Positions 1 to 11,784 of a stretch of DNA of 64,000 nt are shown piece by piece. Location of the stretch: assembly GCA_038226035.1 (NCBI GenBank), contig JBBRQS010000003.1:61351-125350 (forward strand). The letters run 5' to 3'. Both the position numbers and the translations under genes were made by a program. Each line of letters opens with the position of its first letter. Position 1 is the stretch's first letter. Below the pieces are notes generated by a model. The model saw only the letters and a program-made list of their open reading frames with translations, was not told where the DNA came from and did not search any database. The stretch is from Chitinophagales bacterium (GTDB lineage Bacteria > Bacteroidota > Bacteroidia > Chitinophagales > Saprospiraceae).

Positions 1-1
1 T

Positions 2-1294
2 GACAACAACCAACAAAATTTAAGTTCAATGCAAGTTCAACCTATTCTTATTCCATTCACGAATTTGTTGTCTAACGCATTGAGTCAATCCTTAAAAAAA
101 CCACTTGCTTATTTTACCGTGAATGGTCAATGGCTATATGCTAAAAACACGCTTAAAGTTTCTGACTATTTTGGTGCCGTTTTTAAAAATGAAAATTTTA
201 ATTCCAGCTTGTCTGCACAATTTCAAAATTTAGCTGAAACATTGCCCGATTCTTTTCAAAATAATTTTACTTATAAACAAGCAAATTATTATATTGGGGT
301 GAATATAAAAGAAGAATGGCAAGGTATTCAGTGGTTCTCGGATGTTTCAGGAGGTTATTACATAGTTAAATCCAATACATCCATTAATAAAGATAATTTT
401 TATGCTGTTCCAGTAATCGGTTTTAAAAAAGTAATTAATAAACATACGCTGTTTGGAACTTATGCCTATAATTATAGTCTGCCCCAATCAATTGATGTAG
501 CAAACGGTTTTATCTTGACTGATTACAGATATATTATTCGGGGCAGTTCAATATTTATTCCGTCGAATAGTTATACGGAAATATTAAATTATACTTATGG
601 GAATTTTGATGATGAATTTCTCGGACATTTCAATATTATCCACTCGATAAATGCACAAGGTTATATAAGCAATTTAGATATCAATCCGTTTTTCTATATT
701 TCAAGTAAAACAAAAAATATCTTTCCTACTAAAACCACGAATATATCAGCAAGTTTTGAAAGATATTTTCCGAAATTCTATTTTCGTTTAAAAGTGCGTC
801 CGTCTTTAACATTAGGGAATTATTACAATACCTTAAATGGTTCGAATATCAGAGAAACTTCAACAACGAATGGTGCAGTTGATATTTCAATACGTTCGGC
901 ATATTTAAAATGGTTTAATTTTCATTTTGGTACTACAATAACTCAATCTAATTCCCGAACTTTTACTGAAAATTTATCTTATAATACTAATAGCAACTCT
1001 GCGGGTTCTTTTTTAGATTTTTATTTAAAATTTAGCGATAAATTTTCCGGTAGAATAGCGAATGAATTATTTTATTTCAAACAGCAAAGCAATTTGGGCC
1101 AAAATTATTTTTTTGCAAATGCTTATATTGACTACAATATTATCCGTTCAAGTTTATCTGTTTCATTATCAATCAATAATATTTTTAACACAAATGCCTT
1201 CATTACTTCAACTGTAAACGATTATTCAACCCAAATAAATAAAATTCGTTTATTACCACGTTATGCACTTTTGGAAATCAATTTCCGGTTTTAA
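2..1294 (+). CDS. outer membrane beta-barrel family protein, C-terminal part (5' end outside window)
   Basis: Frame is open from base 2, with no in-frame stop before the Met at 29. N/S/T/Y-rich alternating beta-strand pattern. Ends ...LLEINFRF with a terminal Phe, typical of OM barrels (TonB-receptor-like / OMP_b-brl_3 type). Confidence 0.6.
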   Translation, partial: DNNQQNLSSMQVQPILIPFTNLLSNALSQSLKKPLAYFTVNGQWLYAKNTLKVSDYFGAVFKNENFNSSLSAQFQNLAETLPDSFQNNFTYKQANYYIGVNIKEEWQGIQWFSDVSGGYYIVKSNTSINKDNFYAVPVIGFKKVINKHTLFGTYAYNYSLPQSIDVANGFILTDYRYIIRGSSIFIPSNSYTEILNYTYGNFDDEFLGHFNIIHSINAQGYISNLDINPFFYISSKTKNIFPTKTTNISASFERYFPKFYFRLKVRPSLTLGNYYNTLNGSNIRETSTTNGAVDISIRSAYLKWFNFHFGTTITQSNSRTFTENLSYNTNSNSAGSFLDFYLKFSDKFSGRIANELFYFKQQSNLGQNYFFANAYIDYNIIRSSLSVSLSINNIFNTNAFITSTVNDYSTQINKIRLLPRYALLEINFRF

Positions 1295-1463
1295 ATTTTA
1301 AACCCGATAATACATTTTTTATATTTTTCACTCAAAAAAATAAATTAACGGATATCTTTTTGCCGGAAGTTTAATCGTTCATGCTTTCATTAAAAAAAAT
1401 TAAACCTTCAATACTTTTCTGCGTAAAATGTGATAGAGAAATTATAACTTTATCTTTATTACC

Positions 1464-2705
1464 ATGAGTCGTTTTAAAATTTTAATAGTTTTATTTGCAC
1501 TAACCATTTGTAGTATTTCATTTTGCACCGCGCAATGCGTGGAGGGAGATTGTGTAAACGGGTTCGGAAAGCGGTGGTTTACTAAACACGATACGGTTTT
1601 ATACACCGGGCAATTCAAAAATAAATATCCGGACGGCAACGGTATTGCTACTTACAGAAACGGAAAAAGCTATGACGGTACGTGGTGGCATGGTATGTGG
1701 CAAGGCAATGGAAAATTAACTTTGAGTGACGGACAAATCATTTCGGGTGAATGGGAAAACAGCCGACTGAAGCACGCTAAAGAATTAATAGCCGCGCCTA
1801 ATGCCGATAAGACTTTACTTGCATTCGAGGCAAATACTTCGGCAATTACGATGCCGACTAAAGATAATAATCGGGGTTTTGAAGAACCGCATTACCGAAC
1901 CAATGTTCCCGTGAAACCGATGCTTGGTAATCCGACTAATTCGAATATAGATATAAAATTACCAAAAATTTGGGCGTTGGCTGTAGGTGTGGCAGAATAT
2001 CAAAATTCAAGTATACAAACTTTAAGATACCCGGATAATGATGCTTTTCTCATGTTCGCATTTTGGATGTCGCAACAAGGTGGCGGACTTGATGATGAAC
2101 ACGCCCGAGTTATTGTAGATGATGCTGCCACAAAAAAAATGGTTCTGAATAATATGGACGAGCTTTTTTCTAAAGCAGATGCCGATGATTTGGTGATATT
2201 TTTCTTTTCCGGTCACGGTTTAGCGGGTTCATTTCTTACGACGGATTACGACGGTGCAGACGTACAATTGCGCCATCGCGAAATAAATACAATGATGGCA
2301 AAATGTCCGGCGCGGCATAAATTGATAATCGCCGATGCTTGTTTTGCGGGCAGTTACGTTACATCGAAAGGATTAAAATCGAAACCGATGGCGGCGGAAA
2401 TGTCGGATAGGTTTTACGGAGAATTACAAAAATCTGAAACCGGTACGGCGTATTTTTTATCCTGCGCGCCGGAAGAAGAATCTTTGGAGGTCAATACGTT
2501 TCACGACAGTGTTTTTACGCATTTTATCCTGAAAGGTTTGAAAGGTGCCGCTAATACTAACGGCGATAAAATAATTACGCTGCAAGAGTTATTCGATTAC
2601 GTCCATAAAAACGTAACGGTGTATGCTGCAAGTTTGGGAAAATCGCAAACACCCATAATGAAAGGTAATTACGATCCGAATATGCCCGTAGCGGTTTTGA
2701 AATAA
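1464..2705 (+). CDS. exported MORN-repeat / caspase-fold (peptidase C14) protein
   Basis: Signal peptide MSRFKILIVLFALTICSISFCTAQ. Three MORN-like repeats (YTGQFKNKYPDGNG, YRNGKSYDGTWWHGMWQGNG, LSDGQIISGEWEN). C14 dyad contexts FFFSGHGL and LIIADACFAGS. Confidence 0.75.
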   Translation: MSRFKILIVLFALTICSISFCTAQCVEGDCVNGFGKRWFTKHDTVLYTGQFKNKYPDGNGIATYRNGKSYDGTWWHGMWQGNGKLTLSDGQIISGEWENSRLKHAKELIAAPNADKTLLAFEANTSAITMPTKDNNRGFEEPHYRTNVPVKPMLGNPTNSNIDIKLPKIWALAVGVAEYQNSSIQTLRYPDNDAFLMFAFWMSQQGGGLDDEHARVIVDDAATKKMVLNNMDELFSKADADDLVIFFFSGHGLAGSFLTTDYDGADVQLRHREINTMMAKCPARHKLIIADACFAGSYVTSKGLKSKPMAAEMSDRFYGELQKSETGTAYFLSCAPEEESLEVNTFHDSVFTHFILKGLKGAANTNGDKIITLQELFDYVHKNVTVYAASLGKSQTPIMKGNYDPNMPVAVLK

Positions 2706-2801
2706 ATAATTACGAAAAAGTTGATGGAAGGAATAAAATTAAAGATTTTAAAAGAATTTAAACAAAGTTATTTTCTTTCATTACTTTTTACGTCGAACTT
2801 T

Positions 2802-4631
<1,830 letters not shown>

Positions 4632-4750
4632 AATGCTAAATTTAGTACTTTACATGCAATCTGTTAATATACTTTTCAATGAACAAAATTATATTATTTT
4701 TTTCTGAAAAATAAATTAAAACCCGAATTTTATTAAGTTTTTAAAATTTC

Positions 4751-4778
4751 AAAAAAAAAGCGATACATTATGTATCGC
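4751..4778 (-). terminator. putative rho-independent terminator (minus strand)
   Basis: Perfect 9-bp stem gcgatacat/atgtatcgc preceded on the plus strand by A9, which is a T-run after the hairpin on the minus strand. Confidence 0.4.
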
Positions 4779-5021
4779 GTTCAATAAACAGGATTATGAT
4801 TTTGTTTTTCCGGCAGCCTGAAGACTGTTCAGGTTGCTACCGCCTGTGCAGCGTTTTGAAAACCGGACGTAAATTTTTCATGGTATTTATTCCCTAAAAA
4901 ATTTTTCAATTATTGTACTGCAAAGATGCACCTAAATTTAATCCGGTTTTGAAAAAAAGGGCGAATGGTAGAAAAACATGGATGAATGGTAGAATTTAAC
5001 GGTTAAAGCAAAAATGCGAGC

Positions 5022-5239
5022 ATGAATTATGAATTATGAATTATGAATTATGAATTATGAATTATGAATTATGAATTATGAATTATTTTTCGGAGGTAAT
5101 TCATAATAATTAACTGATGTTACTCAAAGGCGCAGCGCACCGAAATATTAAAAATCAAGGACACGTTTAAGATTTCGTTTCGTTGCGCTTCTATGTTTAA
5201 CATCAATTCATAATTCATAATTCATAACTCATAACTCTG
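5022..5239. repeat. inverted heptamer arrays: (ATGAATT)x9 at 5022-5084 and (AATTCAT)-type x5 at 5205-5239, with about a 120-nt spacer
   Basis: Period-7 tandem repeat read directly. The second array is its reverse complement and starts 2 nt after the stop of the 5242-6657 gene. Confidence 0.9.
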
Positions 5240-5241
5240 TT

Positions 5242-6657
5242 TTATCCTTTAAAAAGTTTGGTTAACATTTCCGGAACTTGAAATGCTTTCAGGTTTTTCG
5301 CCACTATTACATGGTTTGCATCAAGAATATAAATTTCGGGGGTGATATCAATATAATATTTTTCATGGTAACGGCTTTCGAGTTGCGGATCCCAAACATC
5401 CGTCCAATTAATACCGTATTTATCTTCAAACTCCGTCCATTTTTTATGGTCATTCGCATTAGCTGCGATGCTGAACACTTCTAAACCTTTCGGTTTCCAT
5501 TCGTCATAAATTTTGCGCAATTGCGGGGTTTGTTCCTGACAATGTTCGCAATCCGGATTGTAAATAAAAACAATCGTGAACTTCGATTTCAATTCGTACA
5601 AAGATTTATACGCATTGTTTTTGTCGCGTGCGCGCACATCTTGTCCGATTTTACCCATTAAACTCGGTTGAATTTTTGCGGCGGTTTCCTGCAAACCTTT
5701 CATATCGGCAGGCGTTTCCCAATTGACTTTATCGGCGTAATAATATTTTTGAATGAGATGTGCGTATACAGCTTCTCCGTCCATATAGGTCGTTTGTGTC
5801 GGGCGATACTGATAAGTTATCCAACTCAAACAATATTTAAAAACATCGGGGTTGGCTTTGGCGCGTTCGACGATATAATCGGCAGAACTGATGAGCGAAT
5901 CATTGCTTTGAAGCGTTAACTCGAATAAATATTTTTTCAGTTTGTTATGAAAAACGGGCGTATTCATCAGTCTCGAATCGCTGAAATCAAAATCGTTCCA
6001 CCAATCGTTTTTGTAATTGTTCATCGTCGCTACCGTATCCATCGCACCGGTGCTTGTGTTGACGATACGCACTTTCGGATTTTGTCCCGCTAAACGAAAT
6101 TTGGTATAAAACGCGCCGGGTTTTGTTTTTTTCAATTCCACGAATCGGGTATCGCGTTCATCAAGCAAAACTTGTTGTTGTTTTTTTATATCGGCAGCCA
6201 ATGCCGGATTAGCTTTGTATTGATCGTTCAGTGCGTTGAATTTTGCTTCCAATGCCGTCTGATATTTTTGTTCGTTATAGAAAAGCGTATTTTCTTCGGA
6301 ATTTTGAACCGTAATGCTGTTAAGCAAATTATTTTTATCGGCACTAAAAACCGGATTTTCACCGTTAGCAATCAGCAATTGAAAATTTTGTTTATCCGGC
6401 AACAACAAATAATAGTAGCCTTCGGTGTACCCCGCAATTTTATGGAACACTGCCGTACCGTCGGCGGCAATAGTTGCCGAATCCGCTAAATAATTTTGAT
6501 CGGCATATACACCCAATAATTTTGCCGTACCGTTGTTGTAACCGTTGAGATGCAGCGTCACTTGAGTAGATTTTGCCGGCGTTTTTACGGACGGTTGCTG
6601 CGCATTACTGCAAGAGAGCGGAATGAGAAAAAGAAAAGAGAGTTTTAAAAAATTCAT
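5242..6657 (-). CDS. TlpA/AhpC-like thioredoxin-fold thiol:disulfide oxidoreductase, exported
   Basis: Start moved to Met46 (MNFLKLSFLFLIPLSCSNAQ signal peptide). CxxC motif in YNPDCEHCQ within a C-terminal thioredoxin-like region. The upstream extension of the ORF is K/F-rich junk. Confidence 0.75.
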   Translation of the reverse strand: MNFLKLSFLFLIPLSCSNAQQPSVKTPAKSTQVTLHLNGYNNGTAKLLGVYADQNYLADSATIAADGTAVFHKIAGYTEGYYYLLLPDKQNFQLLIANGENPVFSADKNNLLNSITVQNSEENTLFYNEQKYQTALEAKFNALNDQYKANPALAADIKKQQQVLLDERDTRFVELKKTKPGAFYTKFRLAGQNPKVRIVNTSTGAMDTVATMNNYKNDWWNDFDFSDSRLMNTPVFHNKLKKYLFELTLQSNDSLISSADYIVERAKANPDVFKYCLSWITYQYRPTQTTYMDGEAVYAHLIQKYYYADKVNWETPADMKGLQETAAKIQPSLMGKIGQDVRARDKNNAYKSLYELKSKFTIVFIYNPDCEHCQEQTPQLRKIYDEWKPKGLEVFSIAANANDHKKWTEFEDKYGINWTDVWDPQLESRYHEKYYIDITPEIYILDANHVIVAKNLKAFQVPEMLTKLFKG

Positions 6658-6881
6658 GGAAAAATTCGGATTTACGATTTTGGATTTTATTTTTTCTTCA
6701 ACGAAATTTTTTTTAAAAAAATGCAAATTTAATCGAAATTTTTTTTTAAAAAACCGATTTTTTAAAAAAAAACAACTTCGCGTTTCCCTCAAATAAAAAT
6801 TGCTTAAAGAAACGTAATTTCTTTAAACAATTTTTATGTATCTCGAAAACAAAATTACTTCATACTTCATATTTTAAAAGA

Positions 6882-7409
6882 TTATCCTTGTTTAACCATC
6901 TCGATATTCAATTGTAATTTTACTTCATCGCTTACGACCAAGCCGCCCACTTCTGTTGGAGCATTCCAAACTAAACCGAATTTGGAGCGGTTGAGTTTAC
7001 CTTCCGCATCGAAACCGGATTTGACTTGCCCGAAACTATCCGTCATCGTGCCATGAAAATCTACCATAAATGAAATAGGGTCGGTTACGCCGTGCATCGT
7101 TAAATTACCTGTGAGCAACAAACTTTTATCATTGTATTTTCTGACGTTGGTAGATTCAAAATTAATTTTAGGATATTTCGCCACGTCAAAAAAATCGGGA
7201 CTTTTCAAATGTTCATCTCTTTGTTCGTTGTTTGTAGAAATACTGTCCACATCAATATCGAAATGTAATTTAGCATCAGAAAAATCCGCTAACGCGCTTT
7301 CCATCGTTGAATTGAATTTACTGAAAATACCCGATACGGTTGAAATCATTAAATGTTTGATTTTGAAATGCACTTCCGAGTGTATCGGATCTAATTTAAA
7401 AGTTGCCAT
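6882..7409 (-). CDS. YceI family (polyisoprenoid-binding) protein
   Basis: N-terminus FKLDPIHSEVHFKIKHLMISTVSGIFSKF and about 175 aa length are typical of YceI-like proteins. Confidence 0.75.
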   Translation of the reverse strand: MATFKLDPIHSEVHFKIKHLMISTVSGIFSKFNSTMESALADFSDAKLHFDIDVDSISTNNEQRDEHLKSPDFFDVAKYPKINFESTNVRKYNDKSLLLTGNLTMHGVTDPISFMVDFHGTMTDSFGQVKSGFDAEGKLNRSKFGLVWNAPTEVGGLVVSDEVKLQLNIEMVKQG

Positions 7410-7566
7410 GATTTTTTTTTTTAAGTTTTAGAAAAATTGAGCTCGATAGGCAAAGATAGTTGATTAATGGTAAATGCAAATTTTCAAATTTCAAATTTAT
7501 AACGCTAAATATTAAGAGTAAAAAACGTGTTTTTGCATTTGAAAATTTACCATTTTGTATTTACCA

Positions 7567-7917
7567 TTAATCAACCTCCCCTTCGATAGAAATATATTCT
7601 GCTTTTCGTTGTCCGTGCAGCCAGACGGCAATTTTTTTATGGAAATAACCGGTTTTTTCGGCATCGTAGTTGATTATAAGTACGCCTTGTTGATGCGGTA
7701 AAGTCGGTGCTTTATCCCAATCGCCGGCAGTGCAACTGCAATCGGTGCGCACATTATCAATTATCAGAGGCAAATCGGAAACATTCGTGAAAGTAAATCG
7801 TTCGGAAACCGGTTTGCCTTTCGGTATCGTACCAAAGTCATGAGCAGTCGGCGATAACCAATGAATTTGTGCCGGTGCGTACAGCGAGAAACAAAAAATA
7901 TAGATGAGTATAAACAT
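7567..7917 (-). CDS. DUF1573 domain protein
   Basis: Signal-like N-terminus. HDFGTIPKGKPVSERFTFTNVSDLPLIIDNVRTDCSCT matches the DUF1573 pattern (F.F.N.G..PL.I..V...C.CT). Confidence 0.65.
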   Translation of the reverse strand: MFILIYIFCFSLYAPAQIHWLSPTAHDFGTIPKGKPVSERFTFTNVSDLPLIIDNVRTDCSCTAGDWDKAPTLPHQQGVLIINYDAEKTGYFHKKIAVWLHGQRKAEYISIEGEVD

Positions 7918-8090
7918 TTTTTAAAACAAATCAACCGGAGAAGGGTAGTTTTTATTTTTATTATAATTTTTGAAACACACGCCGAAAAAATAATACCTGC
8001 TTTCAGACGTTTAACAAAAACAGGTTGAAATCCAAACGCCTCAAAAACATTATGATTCAAAAACGTGCAATACCGAGTTTAAAATATACC

Positions 8091-9326
8091 ATGCAGAAAT
8101 TTATTTTCTTGTTTTTAGTACTTTTAATATTTGTAAATGAAAAATCTGCGGCGCAAATCCCGACGGAAGGTTTGACGATGTATTATGCCTTTGACGGTTA
8201 TCCGTTTGTGGACAGTAGCGGCAACACCAATAAAATTATTTTCAGTTCCGATTCGGCTTTGGTATGCGGAGTAGAAGGGCAAGCACTGAATTTCAACGGT
8301 ATTAATACGCAAGCATTTATTATCGGTCCCGCAGTTTTCGATAATTTTAAAGTCAGCGATTTTACGTTGAGTTTTTATATGAAAGTGAATAATCTGAGTG
8401 GAAATGCTACTTTGGACGTGCTTTCAAAACGTCCGAATTGCAACTTCGACAGTTGTTTTGCTATCCGTTATACGCCGTCATCGAATCAAATCAGTCTTGA
8501 TTTTTCCGAAAATATCAGTCTCGGCTATCACATTGTTCAACGTTTGGATTATAACCGTTGTTGGCAGCACATCGCCATTGTACGCAACTACAATCGGTTA
8601 TTATTGTACGTTAATGGTCGTCTGGTAAACTCGGCAAGCACTAACAAACGTGTGAATATCACGAACAATAAACCTTTAGCGATTGCCGCCGGTCCGTGCC
8701 TTTCTACGACCGATAAAAAATTTAACGGAGCTGTAGACGAATTGCGCATTTACGACCGACCGCTCAGTGCCGATGAAATTAAGGCACTTTATTTCGCACC
8801 GGACAGAATTGCCAACCGCGATACGGTTATTTTTTTGGGTTCAACGGTACTTTTTCGTACCACAAATACCTGTTCAACGGATTTTCAATGGTCGCCGGCA
8901 AATATTATGAGCGATGCGAAAACAATTAATCCGACGGCGCGACCTACTCAGGGCGGTTTTACCACCGTTAAACTCGTTCTGAAAGAATTGCAATGCACGG
9001 CGGTAGATTCCGTGAAAATAAAAGTAATTGACCCGAAAGATTTGGAATGTAACACCGTGTATTTTCCGAAAGCCTTTACGCCTAACGGCGACGAAAGAAA
9101 CGATCTGTTTTTCATTTCTAATCCGTATGCAATTGAAGATTTAACTATTTTTGAAATCTTTGATGGTTTTGGCGGACAAATGTTTTCAACCACCGATAAA
9201 TTCGCGCGCTGGGACGGTACTTTTCACGGTCAACCGCTCAATCCGGGAGTGTACCTTTGGAAAGTGCGTTTCAAATGCCGCGGTCAGGATTTATCGCAAT
9301 TCGGCAGCGTAACGATTTTAAAATAG
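8091..9326 (+). CDS. LamG-like domain protein with T9SS type-B (CHU_C/gliding-associated) C-terminal sorting domain
   Basis: Start moved to MQKFIFLFLVLL (signal peptide). LamG-like core (LDELRIYDRPLSADEI). C-terminus FPKAFTPNGDERNDLF...WDGTFHGQPLNPGVYLWKV is the type-B sorting domain signature. Confidence 0.75.
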   Translation: MQKFIFLFLVLLIFVNEKSAAQIPTEGLTMYYAFDGYPFVDSSGNTNKIIFSSDSALVCGVEGQALNFNGINTQAFIIGPAVFDNFKVSDFTLSFYMKVNNLSGNATLDVLSKRPNCNFDSCFAIRYTPSSNQISLDFSENISLGYHIVQRLDYNRCWQHIAIVRNYNRLLLYVNGRLVNSASTNKRVNITNNKPLAIAAGPCLSTTDKKFNGAVDELRIYDRPLSADEIKALYFAPDRIANRDTVIFLGSTVLFRTTNTCSTDFQWSPANIMSDAKTINPTARPTQGGFTTVKLVLKELQCTAVDSVKIKVIDPKDLECNTVYFPKAFTPNGDERNDLFFISNPYAIEDLTIFEIFDGFGGQMFSTTDKFARWDGTFHGQPLNPGVYLWKVRFKCRGQDLSQFGSVTILK

Positions 9327-9349
9327 TTTTTTGAGATGAAATTTTTATG

Positions 9350-9410
9350 AATAACCGGTATAAAAAAAGCCCGTGAAATAATTTCACGGGCTTTTTTTAT
9401 ACCGGTTATT
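9350..9410. terminator. 61-bp perfect palindrome / bidirectional terminator
   Basis: aataaccggtataaaaaaagcccgtgaaat | a | atttcacgggctttttttataccggttatt. The inner GC stem is flanked by A/T runs. It lies between convergent genes. Confidence 0.7.
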
Positions 9411-9425
9411 AGGGAAGTTATAGAA

Positions 9426-10799
9426 TTATTGGAATTTCCTTTTCAAGAACCAAGTATTATCCGTCAGCGTAAAACCGGCGGAAAAGCGGAAATAATCTTC
9501 ACTTAATTTTACGTTGGTAAGTTTACCGTACTCGAAAGCGAAATTGACGTAACCGGGTTGACTGCCGCGACCGACTTTCATCGGTAAGCAAATACCCGCC
9601 GATGCACCCCATGTATTTATTTGTTCACCCGCCAGCACTCTCGGATCTTTTCCGGTATGAAAACCCAATCGCCAACGCACTTTCGAGTCGTCGGAGCGGA
9701 ATAAACTTTTGTCGGTAATAAATTCGGTACCCAACGTGAATTGCGAAGTGTTGAACATTTGATCTATCACTGCATCTTGTTTGGCGGTATTAAAATAACC
9801 GTCCGTCCAAGCGGTGTATTTATATTCGGCGCCGATTTGAAAGGCATAACCGTTTTTGTAAGATATACCCGCAACCAACTCCGCCGGCAATCTGCCTTTT
9901 CCCTCCACACCGGTAATTGAAGTAATTGTATCTTCTCGAAATCCCGCGATCGTTCGGCGATTAAAAGAGTTTGAAGTCGTACTGAAAGGCGTAGCGCCAT
10001 TGCCGTAAGCACCGATGATTAAACGTTTGCGTCCGCGCAATTTTTCGGCTTGTTTTTTATCGAGTTCCATATCGTATTGGAAACCGACATTGTAAATAAA
10101 TCCGGACAAGGAATAATTGTTGATGAGATAATCATTATACGGATAAATTAAATTGCTGCTTAAAGCGGTTTGTTTGATGTAACTCATCTGACCGAAAACA
10201 ACACCGATATTGGCACCGACGGAAAAGTCTTTGTATTGAACACCGTTACTTATCATTAATTTATAAGTACCGCCACTGCCCAGAAAATAATTAGTAATAG
10301 TCACTGTATCGTTGTTCGGTATTGTGCCGGTTGTGTTGACGTTGTAACCCACTTGATTATAAGGCGTGAGCGAAAAACCGCCTGCCCAACGTAATTGTCG
10401 CGGAGACCTATCCAAAACTTCATTGATAACGCTGTACAACGGAAACCCTAAACCTATGTACGATAAATTTCCGCTCGCACCGGTACCCGAATTACCTTGC
10501 GCATCAGTTGCAGTGGTGGTTTTTGCATACAAACCCACTTCAAAAGAAGTGGTGCGCAAAGCCGGTAGTGATGCCGGGTTAAAAGGATTTAAATTGAGCG
10601 GATCTCGGTAAGCCGCCGTCAAACCGCCCATACCGGCGTTAGCAATATAATATTGCGATAAAATATTGCCTAAACCCAAACGCGATAACGGCGAGTTGTC
10701 TTTCGGTTGAATACTTTTATAAGTATTGTCTACTACTTGCGCCGAAATCGAGAAAATACTCGCGCTTACTAATACGGCGCTGAAAAAGAATTGTCGCAT
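9426..10799 (-). CDS. putative outer membrane beta-barrel protein
   Basis: Signal peptide MRQFFFSAVLVSASIFSISAQ. G/Y/N-rich alternating strand pattern throughout. No specific family recognised. Confidence 0.55.
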   Translation of the reverse strand: MRQFFFSAVLVSASIFSISAQVVDNTYKSIQPKDNSPLSRLGLGNILSQYYIANAGMGGLTAAYRDPLNLNPFNPASLPALRTTSFEVGLYAKTTTATDAQGNSGTGASGNLSYIGLGFPLYSVINEVLDRSPRQLRWAGGFSLTPYNQVGYNVNTTGTIPNNDTVTITNYFLGSGGTYKLMISNGVQYKDFSVGANIGVVFGQMSYIKQTALSSNLIYPYNDYLINNYSLSGFIYNVGFQYDMELDKKQAEKLRGRKRLIIGAYGNGATPFSTTSNSFNRRTIAGFREDTITSITGVEGKGRLPAELVAGISYKNGYAFQIGAEYKYTAWTDGYFNTAKQDAVIDQMFNTSQFTLGTEFITDKSLFRSDDSKVRWRLGFHTGKDPRVLAGEQINTWGASAGICLPMKVGRGSQPGYVNFAFEYGKLTNVKLSEDYFRFSAGFTLTDNTWFLKRKFQ

Positions 10800-10811
10800 A
10801 TTTTTATTTTT

Positions 10812-10865
10812 TAGCCGATAGCTGATAGCGTTTAGCTGATAGCTGTTGGCTGATAGCTATCAGCC
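10812..10865. repeat. heptamer array (AGCTGAT-type) with internal palindrome ggctgatagctatcagcc
   Basis: tagccgatagctgatagcgtttagctgatagctgttggctgatagctatcagcc. It overlaps the last codons and the stop of coaX. Confidence 0.7.
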
Positions 10866-11590
10866 ATAGTCCAATTTAAAATCCTGTTTAACCCGATTAA
10901 TACGAGATCGCGCTCGTAAAATTTATTTTTTATTTTGATGTTTTCGTATAAAAACGCGCCTTCACCACCCGTAAATACGGCTTGCAGCGCAGGATATTGT
11001 TTTTCGTATTGCTTTATCCAACCTTTTACTTCGTGTATAAAACCTTTTTGTACACCGATTGTTAAGCCTGAAATTGTATCGTGCCCGATAAATTCATCGG
11101 CTGTGTTGCCGTCGAAATCCAAGAGCGGCAACCTTGCCGTAAAATAATTCAAAGCCTTGTAACGCATTTTTAATCCTGCCGTAATACAGCCGCCTTGAAA
11201 ACACGCGTCTTCATCTAAAAAATTAAAAGTGAGCGCAGAACCGGCATCAACGACCAAACATGCTTTATCCGGATACAAAAAATGCGCTGCCACAACACCG
11301 GCTAATCTGTCTTTGCCGAGCGTTTCCGGCGTGCAGTAATTATTTTTTATCGGAACCGGTATGTCGTGCGTTAGACGTATGACGTTAAAATGCGCATCAA
11401 GATATTTTTTTACCGCTTCCGGTTCAATACCCGATGCGGAAACGATAACATTTTTTATATCGAACGCGGCACATTTTTCTTTCAAAACCTCTAACGATAA
11501 AGATTCCCATATCGCTTTCCCGATGCGTGTATTTTTTTCAAAAACGGCGCATTTAACTCGCGAATTACCGATGTCGAGTACTAAATTCAT
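10832..11590 (-). CDS. coaX: type III pantothenate kinase
   Basis: MNLVLDIGNSRVKCAVF N-terminus, later DAGSALTF and TGG motifs, about 250 aa. The last ~10 codons (MADSYQPTAIS) are translated from the heptamer array. Confidence 0.85.
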   Translation of the reverse strand: MNLVLDIGNSRVKCAVFEKNTRIGKAIWESLSLEVLKEKCAAFDIKNVIVSASGIEPEAVKKYLDAHFNVIRLTHDIPVPIKNNYCTPETLGKDRLAGVVAAHFLYPDKACLVVDAGSALTFNFLDEDACFQGGCITAGLKMRYKALNYFTARLPLLDFDGNTADEFIGHDTISGLTIGVQKGFIHEVKGWIKQYEKQYPALQAVFTGGEGAFLYENIKIKNKFYERDLVLIGLNRILNWTMADSYQPTAIS

Positions 11591-11784
11591 ATTTTTCAAA
11601 AAATCGGCGAAAGATAGTATTCTTTTTTTGAAATTATTACAAAGTTTTTAAAGATATCGCGGATTTTTGCTTTCCGGATTTTTCAATCTCCTTGAAACAA
11701 AAAAATTTATGCAAATTTTCTTTTATTTTTATCTACCTTTGTGTTGAATTTACACGTCGTACAAGTTGTATATCTTAAAAGGTA

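Noticed and set aside
4800-4860. SRP (4.5S) RNA candidate, because of a ccggcagcctgaag...ttcagg hairpin
   Set aside because: It lacks the conserved helix-8 motifs (GGAA tetraloop context, AGCA/GGAAG symmetric loop). The extended pairing I first drew did not hold on re-checking.
6658-6792. N-terminal 45-aa extension of the thioredoxin-like ORF
   Set aside because: It is K/F-rich translation of an A/T homopolymer-rich spacer. A canonical signal peptide begins at the Met at 6657.
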